A DNA stretch of 63,960 bases, the filler included, from Reticulomyxa filosa (lineage: Eukaryota; Protista; Foraminifera): assembly GCA_000512085.1 (NCBI GenBank). It is 24 parts of 24 records of this genome, joined end to end, with 100 filler letters (N's around TTAATTAATTAA, not from the genome) between each part and the next. Parts side by side here need not be neighbours in the genome. Positions count along the whole stretch, not along the records: positions 25,933 to 28,423 come from ASPP01018951.1; positions 28,524 to 30,084 come from ASPP01011167.1; positions 30,185 to 32,322 come from ASPP01042697.1; positions 32,423 to 36,307 come from ASPP01045368.1; positions 36,408 to 47,701 come from ASPP01018049.1; 19 more parts are not named here. The stretch is one strand, 5' to 3'. Positions 26,058-38,849 of the stretch are shown here, one piece after another. A program made the position numbers and the translations under genes. Position 1 is the stretch's first letter; every line of letters starts with the position of its first letter. A model generated the notes under the pieces. It saw only the letters and a list, made by a program, of their open reading frames with translations. It did no database searches and was not told where the DNA came from.

Positions 26058-27290
26058 ATGGGTAATCGAAACACAACTCCTTTTCAAAATTTGAAGGATT
26101 TGCCCAATCCACTTTCTGAATCTCAGTGTGTTCTGCACAAACACGAAATCCTCATCTGTGGAGGTTTTTATCAAAGTGATTGTTGTTATTCTTATCATAT
26201 ACTCAAAAACGAATATGAATTTATCTGTGTATATCCAAGTGATGTTAGATTAAATGAACACTGTGTAGTGAAATTGATAGATAACAACGATAATAACAGC
26301 AAAGGCAGCAATGCAATCTCTTTGTTGTCTTTTGGTGGAGAATATAAACATACATTGATAATGAAATATGTAAGTGTTTGGGATAATGACAATAATGAAA
26401 ATAAAATGAATAAGTCAAAGAACTACAATGAATGGATGCCTTTAACAGACAATCACGGTCATCCAATTCAAATTGGAAGAGAGTATGACAATTATAGAGG
26501 AATGCGTTCAGTGATTGGTGGAAGCAACAATCATTTGTTATTTATCACTTATCAGAGAAATAATATTAGTGTGTTTAATTTAAATGCATTTCAATTTATT
26601 AGACATGATACCTTTCCAACTGCAAGTTTTAATTTTATTCGCTATCATTGCTTTGTATCAAAGTCAGAAAATGGACAAGGACAAGAAATGGTGAAAGCAA
26701 ATCAAGAAAAAAATATAAAAAATTATGAAATGCTGCTATTTTGTTATGATACAGGATTATCAATTGAGTATGATGAAGATAACAACACCTTTCAATTTGA
26801 TCAATTACCTGTTTGTAAGGATATTTCATCATTTAATAAATATGCATATGTGTGTGTCAATGGCATCATCTTGTTCTTTGGTGGATGGAACGACAAAAAA
26901 TGGACTGCTTCAAAATCTGTGTACAAGTATTCAATTCAAGAAAACAAATGGACGACATTTCAAAATATTTTACCCAGTCCATTATATGCTTGTGCTGCAA
27001 TATTGAGTGAAGACGATACTCATATACATATTATCGGAGGAAAAAATGATATATATATCACAGTATCAACTCACGTGAAGACAAAAGTGCGTGCATGGGA
27101 TTCTTCACAGTTGGTAATTTTTTTTTAAATCAAACACAAATAAATTGTATAAGAATGATTAATAAATAATGAACAGTCAAAAAATGAAATAAAATTTGTT
27201 ATCCAATATTGGATTCGAACTTTAAAGATAAAATTAGGATGGATTGATGATTTTGACAAAATTATTATGAAATACAGTAGAATGAAATAA
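26058..27290 (+). CDS. Kelch-repeat beta-propeller protein (expanded family)
   Basis: EILICGG, LLSFGG, VIGG, ILFFGG and IHIIGG kelch blades; starts MGN (possible myristoylation); intron 27114-27176; last exon SKNEIKFVIQYWIRTLKIKLGWIDDFDKIIMKYSRMK*. Confidence 0.9.
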
Positions 27291-27590
27291 GTTTGGTAAT
27301 ATATTTATACATAAATAATGTCATTTTTAAAAAAGAGTTTGTCAGTTGTGTCTGTATGAAGTTCCACTTAGAACATGAAAACATATTTTCCACAAAAAAT
27401 TTTGGTTTTTGTTTTTGTAAAAAAAAACTCATTTAATGAATATTTTATTGCGTCTTTCTACGTGAGGGAAAATAAGTTTAAGCTACATAAGTTGCAAAAT
27501 GTAAAAAGGAATTTTTAAAGCAATACAACAATAAAATTGAGTAAAAGACTTATTGCTTGATCTACCACAAACTACATTTGTTGGTAGGAT

Positions 27591-28423
27591 TCATAAAAGA
27601 GTTTGCCTTGCATCGAAATGCTTGTGCAAAATATGGACTATTTTGAACAATTCCCCAAACTCTGGACATATCACATCAACGTATGATTTACGCCATTGCT
27701 GCCATACCAAATAACTGGCAGCGATTCCACTATTGTCAGCGACATTTTCAGCTTGTGTGAGCGTATCATCGACATACACTCTTGGCACCATCTCAAGATT
27801 GTTATATGATCGATAAAACATTGCACGCGAGACAAATACTCTTGGAGAGAGTAGTTGCTCCAAATGCTGGAAGGTTCAGGGTTGCCATCAGCATCGAACA
27901 TGGACCCTTACGGATAGAATCCGTGGGATATCTCATGGCCAATAACTCTTCCAACGCCTTCAAAATTAAGCAAAGAGGGATAATCAGATAAATACAATAT
28001 CTCTTACACTGTTTGCATAAAAATTATATATATTCAATGCAAAGTCCTCAAATAAACTAAAAACAAAACTGTAATAATTCAAAAAATAGTAACTCTTCCA
28101 AAATCAACAAATCAAAAGTTTGACTGGAGTATAATTACAAAGTGGTTGCATTGAAAAATAAGTAATTAGCTGTGGTAAATAAATATTATTGAAAAAAAAA
28201 CAAGACTTGATAACCAAACAATCTCCGACGGACTCCATATGTAGAATAAAGTTTTACTCGATACAGTTGAGATTTCAAAAGATACACCAAAAACACGTTT
28301 TTCTAGAACTCGGAAAGTACTACCAGGTCCGCGCAATCGCGACTCAATAACTCCTTTCCATTTGCGAGAAAACTCAATTATATGTCACTTTTGGAAATGA
28401 CTGAAAAAACCCCAACTTTTTTT
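27591..28423 (-). pseudogene. Peptidase M13 (neprilysin/ECE) pseudogene
   Basis: NFEGVGRVIGHEISHGFYP*GSMFDADGN (HExxH) and TQAENVADNSG (ENxAD), with an in-frame stop and a frameshift. Confidence 0.85.
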
Positions 28424-28578
28424 NNNNNNNNNNNNNNNNNNNNNNNNNNNNNNNNNNNNNNNNNNNNTTAATTAATTAANNNNNNNNNNNNNNNNNNNNN
28501 NNNNNNNNNNNNNNNNNNNNNNNTTTTTTTTTTTTTTTTTTTTTTTTTAATTAAAAAAAAAAAAAATATATTGGTCAC

Positions 28579-29091
28579 CTGAATAGGTCCTAACCCGCCA
28601 AAAGGACCATACGTATTTTGGTTTACTGCAACGATCTGTACGGGCTGGGCGTTATTGTTGTTATTGTTGTTGGCGCCGGGCTTCAGCTGACGCAACGCTT
28701 TTTCAAATCGTTTCCTGGCCAGTGTATCCAATCCGATACCATCAGCTAACTCTTTGAACTGATTTTCGTTCATGTCCGCCATCTGCTCCACGGTCAAATT
28801 TCGCTCTTTGATTTCTTTCTCTTTGTTTGTCAACTTGTTGTCTGCCAACCACTTTGACAAATCCATCGGCGCCTTCGTTTCTCCCTTTTTCCCGCTTTCG
28901 GCGTTTTCTTTCCCTGGCGTCACTGGCGTCACTGGCGATACGGCCTCCTTCACTGGGGTCCTTGGTGACACATTTTCCTTTACTGGACCCTCGCTTTCTT
29001 TCGCTAGGCCATCATTTTCTTTCACTACGCCATCATTTTCTTTCGCTGGGACCTCATTCTCCCTTTCATTTCCTCCCTCAATTTCCGACAT
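28579..29091 (-). CDS. SAM-domain protein, first exon
   Basis: DLSKWLADNKL...LTVEQMADMNENQFKELADGIGLDTLARKRFEKALRQL fits a SAM domain; N-terminal KEND/KESE and TP repeats; GT donor at 28578. Confidence 0.7.
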
Positions 29092-29499
29092 TATGCCCCT
29101 TTCCAAAACAAATTTTGCAGGGAAAAAAACGATTTAATTTAGGTGGCGGGGAGAACTAGGAACTTTTCTTGTTTTAGCTTTACTTGCTTTTTTGGTACCA
29201 ACACCGTTTTGTGATTCAAAAATAGACCCTCTGATAAGTTCGTTACATTTATTGAATTAAAGTTGCATGTTGTTTTGGATGTCAATTTGATGTATTTTAA
29301 GTGTTCTAGCTGTTCAATTTTCACCATTTTAAGCATTTCTTAAAAAAAAAAAATTTTGAAAAGCATCTTTGGAGTTGAGTAAAAAAAACAGAAAATATGG
29401 AAAGAACGACGGTGCTGATACGCAACTTTTTCGTAATAAGTGTCAGCGTTTTCCGTCCCCCTTTCCTCTTGCGTTTTTGGAATCAAAAAGAGTAGGTAA

Positions 29500-29938
29500 A
29501 TGAAGAAGGTGAAGATGATGACAAATTTTTTGTGGTCCAAAGCAGCAACATCAAAGGCCGATGTGCAAAAAGACCATACAAATGGCCAAGCAGATAAAGA
29601 ATCAGAAACCGACAAAGACAACAAAGAAAAAGACGCAGGGGGAAAAAGTTCACAAGGGTCAAAAACGGCTGAGCCAGGGTCGGCAGAGTCGGATATCACG
29701 TACAACGAAGTGGATTTGTTGGGAGACATGCCTTCATTACGTGACACGAGCGACCCGGAGAAAAAGCGCGCTCTCTTCATAAAGAAATTGAAGCTATGCT
29801 GTGTGGTGTTTGATTTCAGTGTGCCTGACAAAGTTGTGTTGTGTTGTGTGTGTGTGTATACCATAAATTTTTTTTTTTTTTTTGGTGATAGCCTAAACAT
29901 TGCAACAGTTTACACATATTATAATAAATAAATGATAC

Positions 29939-29969
<31 letters not shown>

Positions 29970-30084
29970 GTATATATTTATATATGTATATGTATCTTAT
30001 GTAAACATAAACAATGTCATAAAAAAAAAAAACAGGACGAAAACCAACAATTGGCGCGTGTAACAAAACGTCAATGTTTGATAG
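29500..30084 (+). CDS. PP2A regulatory subunit B' (B56 family), N-terminal part
   Basis: MPSLRDTSDPEKKRALFIKKLKLCCVVFDF, then after an intron DENQQLARVTKRQCLI, which is the canonical B56 N-terminus. Confidence 0.92.
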
Positions 30085-30666
30085 NNNNNNNNNNNNNNNN
30101 NNNNNNNNNNNNNNNNNNNNNNNNNNNNTTAATTAATTAANNNNNNNNNNNNNNNNNNNNNNNNNNNNNNNNNNNNNNNNNNNNACAATGTGACAAATAT
30201 GACCAAAGCTTTAATAACTTTGAAGTTATTTTAATTTTTATTAGTTTAATTTTATTTTTATTAAAAAAAGCAAAAAAACTATAAAAAAAATGATGAAAAA
30301 ATTGAAAAATAAAAAAAGGATTGAATAAATAATAATAACAAAAGATAAAAAAATAATCCTCTGAAATTAATCGATTTAATGACACTTTTAGAATTGTGTA
30401 AGAAAAAATTAACTAATTTATTTCACAATTTTTGTACTGCAAAGAGATTTATTTACAATTTTTCATTTCAAAATTGTTTTAGATTGTCATATTCATTTCA
30501 TCATAACGAGTTAACTGCTGCAAATGTATTTTAATGTTGGAGAAAAATTTTTTTAGAAGAATATTTGTAGTGAAAAATGTTCAGTTTAGAACAAGATTGA
30601 CAAATTTGTTTCTTTAAAAGCAATTAAGAATTTTGTTTTTTTAATTCTTTTTATACTTGTATAATA

Positions 30667-32240
30667 TCAAATATTATGCAGATATGTAAGAAAAGATGAT
30701 TTTGCATCCTTTCTTTCATTTTCATTGTTGTATTCCATGACAATTGTGTGTAAAAGACTGAAATGAAGACGAGATTTTTGTTGATTGAGTGTGATTTGTT
30801 TGACGTTTTCGAACAGGCTTAACCATTCTGGTAACCATCGAATTGGTTCATCTTCCAATTGTCGTCGTGATTTTTTGCGCAATTTCAGATCTGTGATAGG
30901 TTTTGTCACTGGCTGCATTAATTGGAGTTGTTCTTTTGTGACATAGACATTGTTCATGTCGTTATCTTTGTCAATGCAATCCACAATCACCACATCAAAG
31001 GAGAGCTCATCATCAAACACTTCAAAGAGCACGCCATTGGAGTTGAATTGTTTTGGAGGCTGTGGTTGTTTTTGTGCGGTGAAAATACCACGATCTACAA
31101 TGACTCGGAGTGCAAAAAGGTGATGATATGTTTCAGCGCGTTTTAATTCCGTGCTATTTAAGTGCAATAATTGCTGTGCTTTGCAATTTCGAATTAGGGA
31201 GTTATTGTTCATAACATCGACTAACCAGTGTCCCATTGCCAACCACAAATCTGCAGGCACGTTTTTGCCCAAGCTAAGGAGTGTAGTGTTTTCCAAATCG
31301 CTTTTCATTTCCCAGCAAAATGTATATCTTCCAATGAATGTCAGTGTATTTAAGAACAAAGTGTGAATGTCCGTGAAGGAGTGATAATAGAACCCAAGAT
31401 ATTTTTGAATGAGAGCAAATGAAGCTTCCAAACATCCTTTCAATAAATTGACACCTCGATAATTTTTATTGACCACATCAGATGCTTCAAGTCCATTCAA
31501 ATTCACCAAGTTTTTAAAGAGTAACTTGGTGATATCACCAATTTGATTTGCAATGTAATTTTTTGGATCGACGACAGTGGTGTCTTCCTCCCCTTTGGTC
31601 TCTTCCTCGTCAATTTTTTCTTCCTTTTTGCCAGATATTCGATTCATGGCTCGACTATTGGCATCCTTCTTATCTGCAGCTACTTGTTCCATGAGCTGTC
31701 CCATCAAGTCATCGTGCTTGTCTTGTTCCAACGCTGACTTTTCCGCCTCTCGAATGGCACTAATGAATCCTACTAATTTGTCGCGCACAGTTTGATACGA
31801 GACATGGATTCCGATATGATAGCGATAGAACAAGGCATGGGCCAGTGTCCAAATGCGTGCAGCTCCAAATGCAATGATGACAAAGTGTGTGTTGTCCATC
31901 AACATTTCCAACACTTGAGTCGTGTACTTGCGCAAGCAAAGCCCTTGTGTTGGATCACTGGCCACTTGTACAAGTATATTTATCCATTCATGTACTTCCG
32001 ATGGGATCTCTTTCGTTTGCAAGTAATTGGGTGCGTAGTTACTCAACAAAGATGTTCCAAAGCTGATCATTGCGCCCGGGCCAAGTTTTTTCTCTCCGAC
32101 GATCAACAGCCATTCAAACAGTGCTTTCCAATCGATTACACGTCTCACCAATCCACAAAACGTTCCAAAATAGGTTGGGTTTGTGCACCAGATCAATAAG
32201 ACATCTTCCTCAACACTTGTGACTGGCTCTTGTTCGCTTT
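30667..32240 (-). CDS. Large helical hypothetical protein, long exon (about 510 aa)
   Basis: Uninterrupted 1.5-kb ORF with coding composition; no family recognised. Confidence 0.75.
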
Positions 32241-32422
32241 ATTTAATTTTCAATTTGTGTATTTGTATGTGTATGTATGTGTGTATGTGTGTGTATGTGT
32301 GTGAGAGGTGATAAAAAAAATGNNNNNNNNNNNNNNNNNNNNNNNNNNNNNNNNNNNNNNNNNNNNTTAATTAATTAANNNNNNNNNNNNNNNNNNNNNN
32401 NNNNNNNNNNNNNNNNNNNNNN

Positions 32423-35400
32423 CAACAGATTCACCAACGTCGACTCCAACACAAAGACCCACATTGACTCCATCACATGGACCAACATTATCGCCAACGA
32501 AACGACCAACATTGGCTCCATCAGATCAGCCGACATTATCTCCAACGGATCAACCAACATCATCTCCAACAAAGCGACCGACATTATCACCAACAGATTC
32601 GCCGACCTCGTTACCAACTCAAAAACCGACGTTGTCACCAACGGAAAGGCCAACATTGGCGCCATCAGATCAACCCACATCAACTCCAACTCAAAGGCCT
32701 ACACTGACTCCATCAAATGAACCAACATTATCACCAACCAAAAGACCGACATTGGCCCCATCCGATCAACCAACATCTTCTCCAACGTCGTTACCAACAC
32801 AAAGACCTACGTTGAGCCCATCACATGAACCCACTTTGTCGCCAACACAAAGGCCCACGTTGACTCCATCAGATCAACCAACATCTTCTCCAACAAAGCA
32901 ACCAACGTCTTCTCCAACAAATCAACCAACGTCGACTCCAACACAAAGACCTACATTGTCTCCATCAAATGAGCCAACATTATCGCCAACAAAACGACCA
33001 ACATTATCTCCGTCAGATCATCCGACATTATCCCCAACAGATCAACCAACATTGTCTCCAACGAAGCGACCATCATCCTCACCGACAGATGTACCAACCT
33101 CGTTGCCAACTCAAAGACCTACCTTGACTCCGTCGAATGAGCCGACTGCGTTACCAACACAAAGACCCACATTGGTTCCAACGGACCAGCCAACATCGTC
33201 ACCAACGAAACGACCTACTTTAGCACCGTCAGAGCAACCTACATCAACTCCAACTCAAAAACCCACTCTGACTCCATCAAATGGGCCAACCAAACAACCG
33301 ACATTGGCTCCAACGGACCAGCCAACATCGTCACCAACGAAACGACCTACTTTAGCACCGTCAGAGCAACCTACATCAACTCCAACTCAAAAACCCACTC
33401 TGACTCCATCAGATCAACCAACCTCATCTCCAACAAAGAGCCCGACGTCAACTCCAACACAAAGACCTACATTATCTCCATCCAATGAGCCAACCAAGCG
33501 TCCTTCATTGTCTCCAACCGAGCAACCGACCTTGTCACCAACGAAACGTCCTTCATCATCTCCAACGGATGAGCCAACACATCAACCAACAGTGTCACCT
33601 TCCAACTTACCCACGTCATCCCCAACGACCCGTCCTTCTGCCTCTCCAACGCACGAGCCCACAGTACTGCCGACCGATCTACCCACGTTATCGCCGACAA
33701 ATCGACCGACAAATCGACCGACATTGAGTCCGTCCGATCAGCCCACATCATTGTCACCAACGAAGGAGCCAACTACATTCCCAACAGATGGACCAACACA
33801 GCAGCCAACGCAACGTCCAACGGAGCAGCCTACTACATTGCCAACAGAAAGACCCACTATGCAGCCGACGACAACACCGACACGTTTGCCTTCACAATCC
33901 CCGTCATCATCGCCCACAAAGCGACCCACATCATCGCCAACGGACCAGCCAACATTATCTCCAACGAATGAGCCGACAGTATTGCCGACCTCATCACCGA
34001 CGAAAAGACCCACATTGTCTCCAACTGACGGGCCAACCTTGTCGCCTACCAAACGACCATCATCGTCTCCGACGCAACAACCGACATATATCCCAACCGA
34101 ACAACCTACGTTGTCTCCAACCAAACGGCCTTCATCGTCTCCGACGCAACAACCGACATACATCCCAACCGAACAACCTACGTTGTCTCCAACCAAACGA
34201 CCTTCATCGTCTCCATCGGAATATCCCACGATATCTCCAACAGAGAGTCCAACCTCTTCTTCTGCTCCAACTAAACAGCCCACGGTGATTCCATCGGAAT
34301 ATCCGACATCCTCTCCGTCCACAACACGGCCATCCTCGTCTCCTACCAATGAGCCCACGGTGTCTCCAACGCAACGTCCATCATCGTCTCCATCCAACGA
34401 GCCCACCTTGTCCCCGACGGGTCAACCAACACAATTGCAACAATACGACCAACCTGGAGTCCATCGAAAGACCCACTTTGTCTCCGACGAATGAGCCCAC
34501 ATTACTTCCAACGGATCAACCCACCCAATCGCCAACCTCATTACCTACTCAAAGACCCACCTCATCACCTACCCAAAAGCCCACGTTTGCTCCTTCCGAT
34601 CAACCGACATTGTCGCCTACCAAACGGCCTTCGTCGTCGCCAACCAATCAGCCAACTCTGTCACCGACCAATGAACCGACCATACTTCCAACCAATGAAC
34701 CAACCATGCTTCCAACTGATCAGCCGACCCTATACCCAACTACAAAGCCATCACTTTCTCCTACACATCAGCCAACGGTTTCTCCCACCGAACAACCTAC
34801 GTTCTCGCCTTCCCAACGTCCAACAGCTTCTCCTACCAAAAAACCCACGTTGTCTCCTTCCGAGCATCCCACCTCATCTCCAACGGGCCAACCCACAGAC
34901 ATTCCAACTACGCAACCGACAGTTTCTCCAACAGGACAACCTACCTCCTCCCCAACACAAAGGCCGACCTTAACACCTTCCTACCAACCCACACTGTCGC
35001 CGACTAACGAGCCGACCATGATTCCAACGGAGCAACCAACACACTCTCCAACAAAACGTCCGACGTTGTCGCCTTCTTTACACCCAAGTGCATCACCGAC
35101 AGAACAGCCAACACAAAATCCAACTGAACGACCAACCTTGTCACCAACAAAACGACCAACTTTGGCCCCTTCTGATCATCCCACATTGTCACCCACAACA
35201 CGACCAACTGTATCTCCAACAGAACAACCCACATCGACTCCAACACAAAGACCTACACTGGCTCCATCAAACGAACCAACCTTGTCACCGACCAAACGAC
35301 CATCGTTTTCACCAACAGATCAACCAACATCTTCTTCTCCAACAAAGCGTCCATCATCTTCGCCGACAGAGTCGCCAAACTCGTTGCCAACACAAAGACC

Positions 35401-36307
35401 CACATTGACTCCATCACATGAACCAACCAAACGACCATCATCTTCACCGACAGATCAACCAACATTATCTCCAACGGAGGAACCAACCTCATTGCCGACA
35501 AAAAGACCAACGTCATCGCCGACGGAAAGACCCACACAGACTCCAACCAAACGGCCGACCTATCAACCGACACCATCTCCGACCGATGAGCCAACCATGA
35601 TTCCTACCGATCAACCCACGCAGTCCCCAACGGACAGACCGACGTCATCACCTTCAATGCCACCAACCCAAACTCCAAGCGAACAGCCCACTCTATCCCC
35701 AACTCAACGACCTTCGTTCTCTCCGACGGACAATCCGACGACGTATCCAACGAATCAACCAACAACGGAGCCAACGAAACGACCGACACTGTCTCCATCC
35801 AATCGACCAACGGAATACCCAACTCAAACTCCAAGCCAACAGCCGACCTCTTCTCCGACGAAACGACCAACACTTTTGCCATCGGAGCAGCCGACATCTT
35901 CCCCGACCAAACGCCCAACATCCACTCCTACCACACAGCCAACGTCATATCCAACAAACGGACCGACCGAACGTCCAACTACACTTCCAAGCAAGACTCC
36001 AACCAACATTCCAAGTTTATCGCCGACCAATTTACCAACCACTTTGCCGACAGACTTGCCAACGGCTCATCCCACTGTGCGACCCACGCTCGAGCCGACT
36101 ATCCAACCCACTTCCGAGCCGACTTTCGAACCGACATCGGAGCCGACAATCGAGCCAACTTCTGTGCCAACCATGAGACCGACAGATCGACCAACGAATC
36201 AACCGACATGGCAACCAACTGTCCAACCGACAACCCAACCGACAACTCAACCGACAACTCAACCGACAACCCAACCAACGAATCAGCCGACGAATCAACC
36301 AACATGG
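32423..36307 (+). CDS. PT-repeat (xPTx) mucin-like surface/extracellular protein, both ends truncated
   Basis: More than 1250 codons of degenerate 4-aa repeats (PTLS, PTKR, PTDQ); two ORFs joined by an apparent double single-base loss near 34438-34468. Confidence 0.85.
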
Positions 36308-36407
36308 NNNNNNNNNNNNNNNNNNNNNNNNNNNNNNNNNNNNNNNNNNNNTTAATTAATTAANNNNNNNNNNNNNNNNNNNNNNNNNNNNNNNNNNNNN
36401 NNNNNNN

Positions 36408-36446
36408 GATATGTTTTATGCGTTCAGTTTTCTTTGCAACATACTG
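36408..36446. mobile_element. MITE family A, right end
   Basis: GATATGTTTTATGCGTTCAGTTTTCTTTGCAACATACTG|TA, identical to 18214-18252. Confidence 0.8.
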
Positions 36447-36866
36447 TAGTTACTTTTATTTTTTTGTTCTTTTTTTAAGTTTTGTTTTTTTTTACATTTG
36501 ATTGTGCAATATTGACTGTTAATATATTTACTGATTATAATTATTTTTTTTGATTTTATAAGCATTAATATTGTAATGATAATAACTAGCTTTCTTTGAT
36601 ATTGTAAAAGCCAATGTGATGCAAGCTAAATGATACTGTTTTATATTTGATATATTTGAGTAATTTTTTTTTTCTTCGTAACTTCATCTATTTAATTTTT
36701 TCAAATTTATTTTGTCAAACAAAACTTTATTGATAGTGACTGCTTTAACATGTCTTCATTGAAATATGTAAATATTGCTTAAATGAAAAAAATGATGCGA
36801 TTGATGAAGAATAAAAATTACTTGCTTTGTTTAATTGTTTATGTTTTTGTTGTATCGTTTCAAATT

Positions 36867-38110
36867 CTACAATTTTCTCATGATTTGGATTTTATTATGA
36901 AGTTTTCTACCCTTTTTTTTAGTAAATAATTGCATTGGCCAATTCATCCTCAATCTCTTGGATTTGATACAAGTTTTTTGCTTTCCAATGGTCATTTTTC
37001 TCTTAAGTTGGATCAACTTGTCTTGATTTTTTTTGTTAGTTGATATTTCTAGTTTCCAAGAAAATTCGCGTTGAACGGTGGACAATGTTGCTCGAATCGG
37101 ATGTTCGAGTTGCATGCTCATCCCTTCGCGACTAGTGCTGCATCCTTCTTGGCTATCGTCGACAACCTTGAATGATTCATACAATCAATTGTAATTCACT
37201 AATACATATCGCTTGTTCAACAAAGCGAGTATATTGTCAACATCTTTGTGTAAATTACGCAAGAACCCAAAACCATTTTAATTGTTTGAAAGTATTATCT
37301 TTCTATTTTTTTTTCCAGCTTTCACTTTTCAAAGATTGTCCACCGATACAAAACATTTGATCTCGTTCAAATAAACTACAAATTTTTTGGCTTTTTTTTT
37401 TAAGGTATTCAATCAGCTTGTTCAAAAACGAATTGAAAAGCTGCTTTGTAAACTTGCCGAGACCGACATGTTCCAACACATTTCAAATACATTTTGCCGC
37501 TGCTTTTGCTTTATCAATTTCTTTTGAAAAATATCAATGCAGTTTTGTCAAATCTTTCAAGTCGAATGTTAGCATTATCAAATTTTTTTTCATCTTTTGT
37601 TGAAGACTATAGTTATTTTTTCAAAACGGCAAGCCCTTCTGTTACACAACGCTGAAGATAATCCAACAATTTGCTTTTTCAAGTTTTTGATCTCAATTAA
37701 AGAACGGAGATTCTCTTGAAGATTGAGGTCCTTTGCAATTGTTTCCAACACTATTTAAACTTGTTCTTTGTAATGCGTTATTTTGCATCATTGACACAAT
37801 TGGCAAAGCATTTCTTCAGTATCTATCCTGCTTCTTTGTATGAATCACTAAAAGCAAGGAAACACTCTGCACTTATACCATTTTGCCTAAGTACTTTTAA
37901 TACTCATTACATTCTTTTCAAGCGAAGCAGCGTCGACAACAATGCTATTTAAAAAAAACAAAAACCGTTACAAAAAAAAAATCATTAATATAAGCTCAAC
38001 GCACTTGTAACTAGATAATAGTCCTTGCTCCATTTTCTTGCCACTTGATCGGTAATTTCAGCCACTTTTAACTACTTATTGCTTCGGAACATCATTGCCA
38101 TTGTCATTTG
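36867..38110 (-). pseudogene. Degenerate coding remnant, family unidentified
   Basis: Coding-like minus strand with many stops; only short ORF pieces survive. Confidence 0.3.
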
Positions 38111-38452
38111 CGTTTCACAGTTAATGTTTTTGATCATTTTTATGTTAAATTTTATTTGTCATCAGCTATAACAAAATAAAATGTGCAAATGGAACATTTC
38201 ACAAGATAAAAAAAATTAATGTGGGTCACATATTAGAAGCGCCTACCATAATGGATTCTAATCTTTGTTCATATTATTAGTTAGAATTGCTCTGATGGCG
38301 ACATGTTGTGTCGTTTCCGAATATATGCTTTGTAAATAACATCAAAAGTACTCTATTCAATACGATAGCTCATATACTACAAAAAACAAACCCATTTCGT
38401 TAGTATAAAAGTATTATCAATGCCAATGTGCTCAATTGTCAATGATTTAATA

Positions 38453-38849
38453 CAGTATATTGCAAAAAAAACTGACATACCTAAATGGCACTATATGAAG
38501 ATAATCGATTTTTTCCATGAAAATAAAGATTTTAACCTAATTTTTTTAAAAAAGTATCTACGTGACTTGAAGATTCCCAAAATGAAAACAAAAAGATTTA
38601 AAAATTTCTTATTTTCAATACATGCTCAATTTTATGAACTCCTTCGAAATTTTTAAAAATCATTTAAAAAAATCGTAGTTTTTGATCAATCTAGAAAAAA
38701 CTTATTATAAAACCGATTTCATATTAAAAAACTACAAGATTAGTAGGTTTTTTAAAAAAATCAGTTTTAAATCTTTATTTTTCATTGAGAAAATCGATTC
38801 TCTTCATATAGTGCCATTTAGGTGTAGCAGTTTTTTTTGCAATATACTG
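38453..38849. mobile_element. Complete MITE family A (397 bp, ~100-bp TIRs, TA target duplication; Tc1/mariner-type)
   Basis: Left TA|CAGTATATTGCAAAAAAAACTGACATACCTAAATGGCACTATATGAAGA, right TCTTCATATAGTGCCATTTAGGTGTAGCAGTTTTTTTTGCAATATACTG|TA; no transposase. Confidence 0.92.

Noticed and set aside
21761-28423. Stop-codon reassignment to explain in-frame stops in the WD40, M13 and caspase sequences
   Set aside because: The stops co-occur with frameshifts and deletions, and intact genes end in TAA, TAG and TGA, so pseudogenisation is simpler.
33467-36305. Minus-strand and alternative-frame ORFs over the PT repeat (VG-rich and similar)
   Set aside because: Shadow ORFs produced by the stop-poor repetitive plus-strand gene.
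32423-36307. Possible CRISPR-like or satellite array
   Set aside because: Units are 12-nt codon-phased repeats varying at synonymous sites with no unique spacers, so this is a coding repeat.
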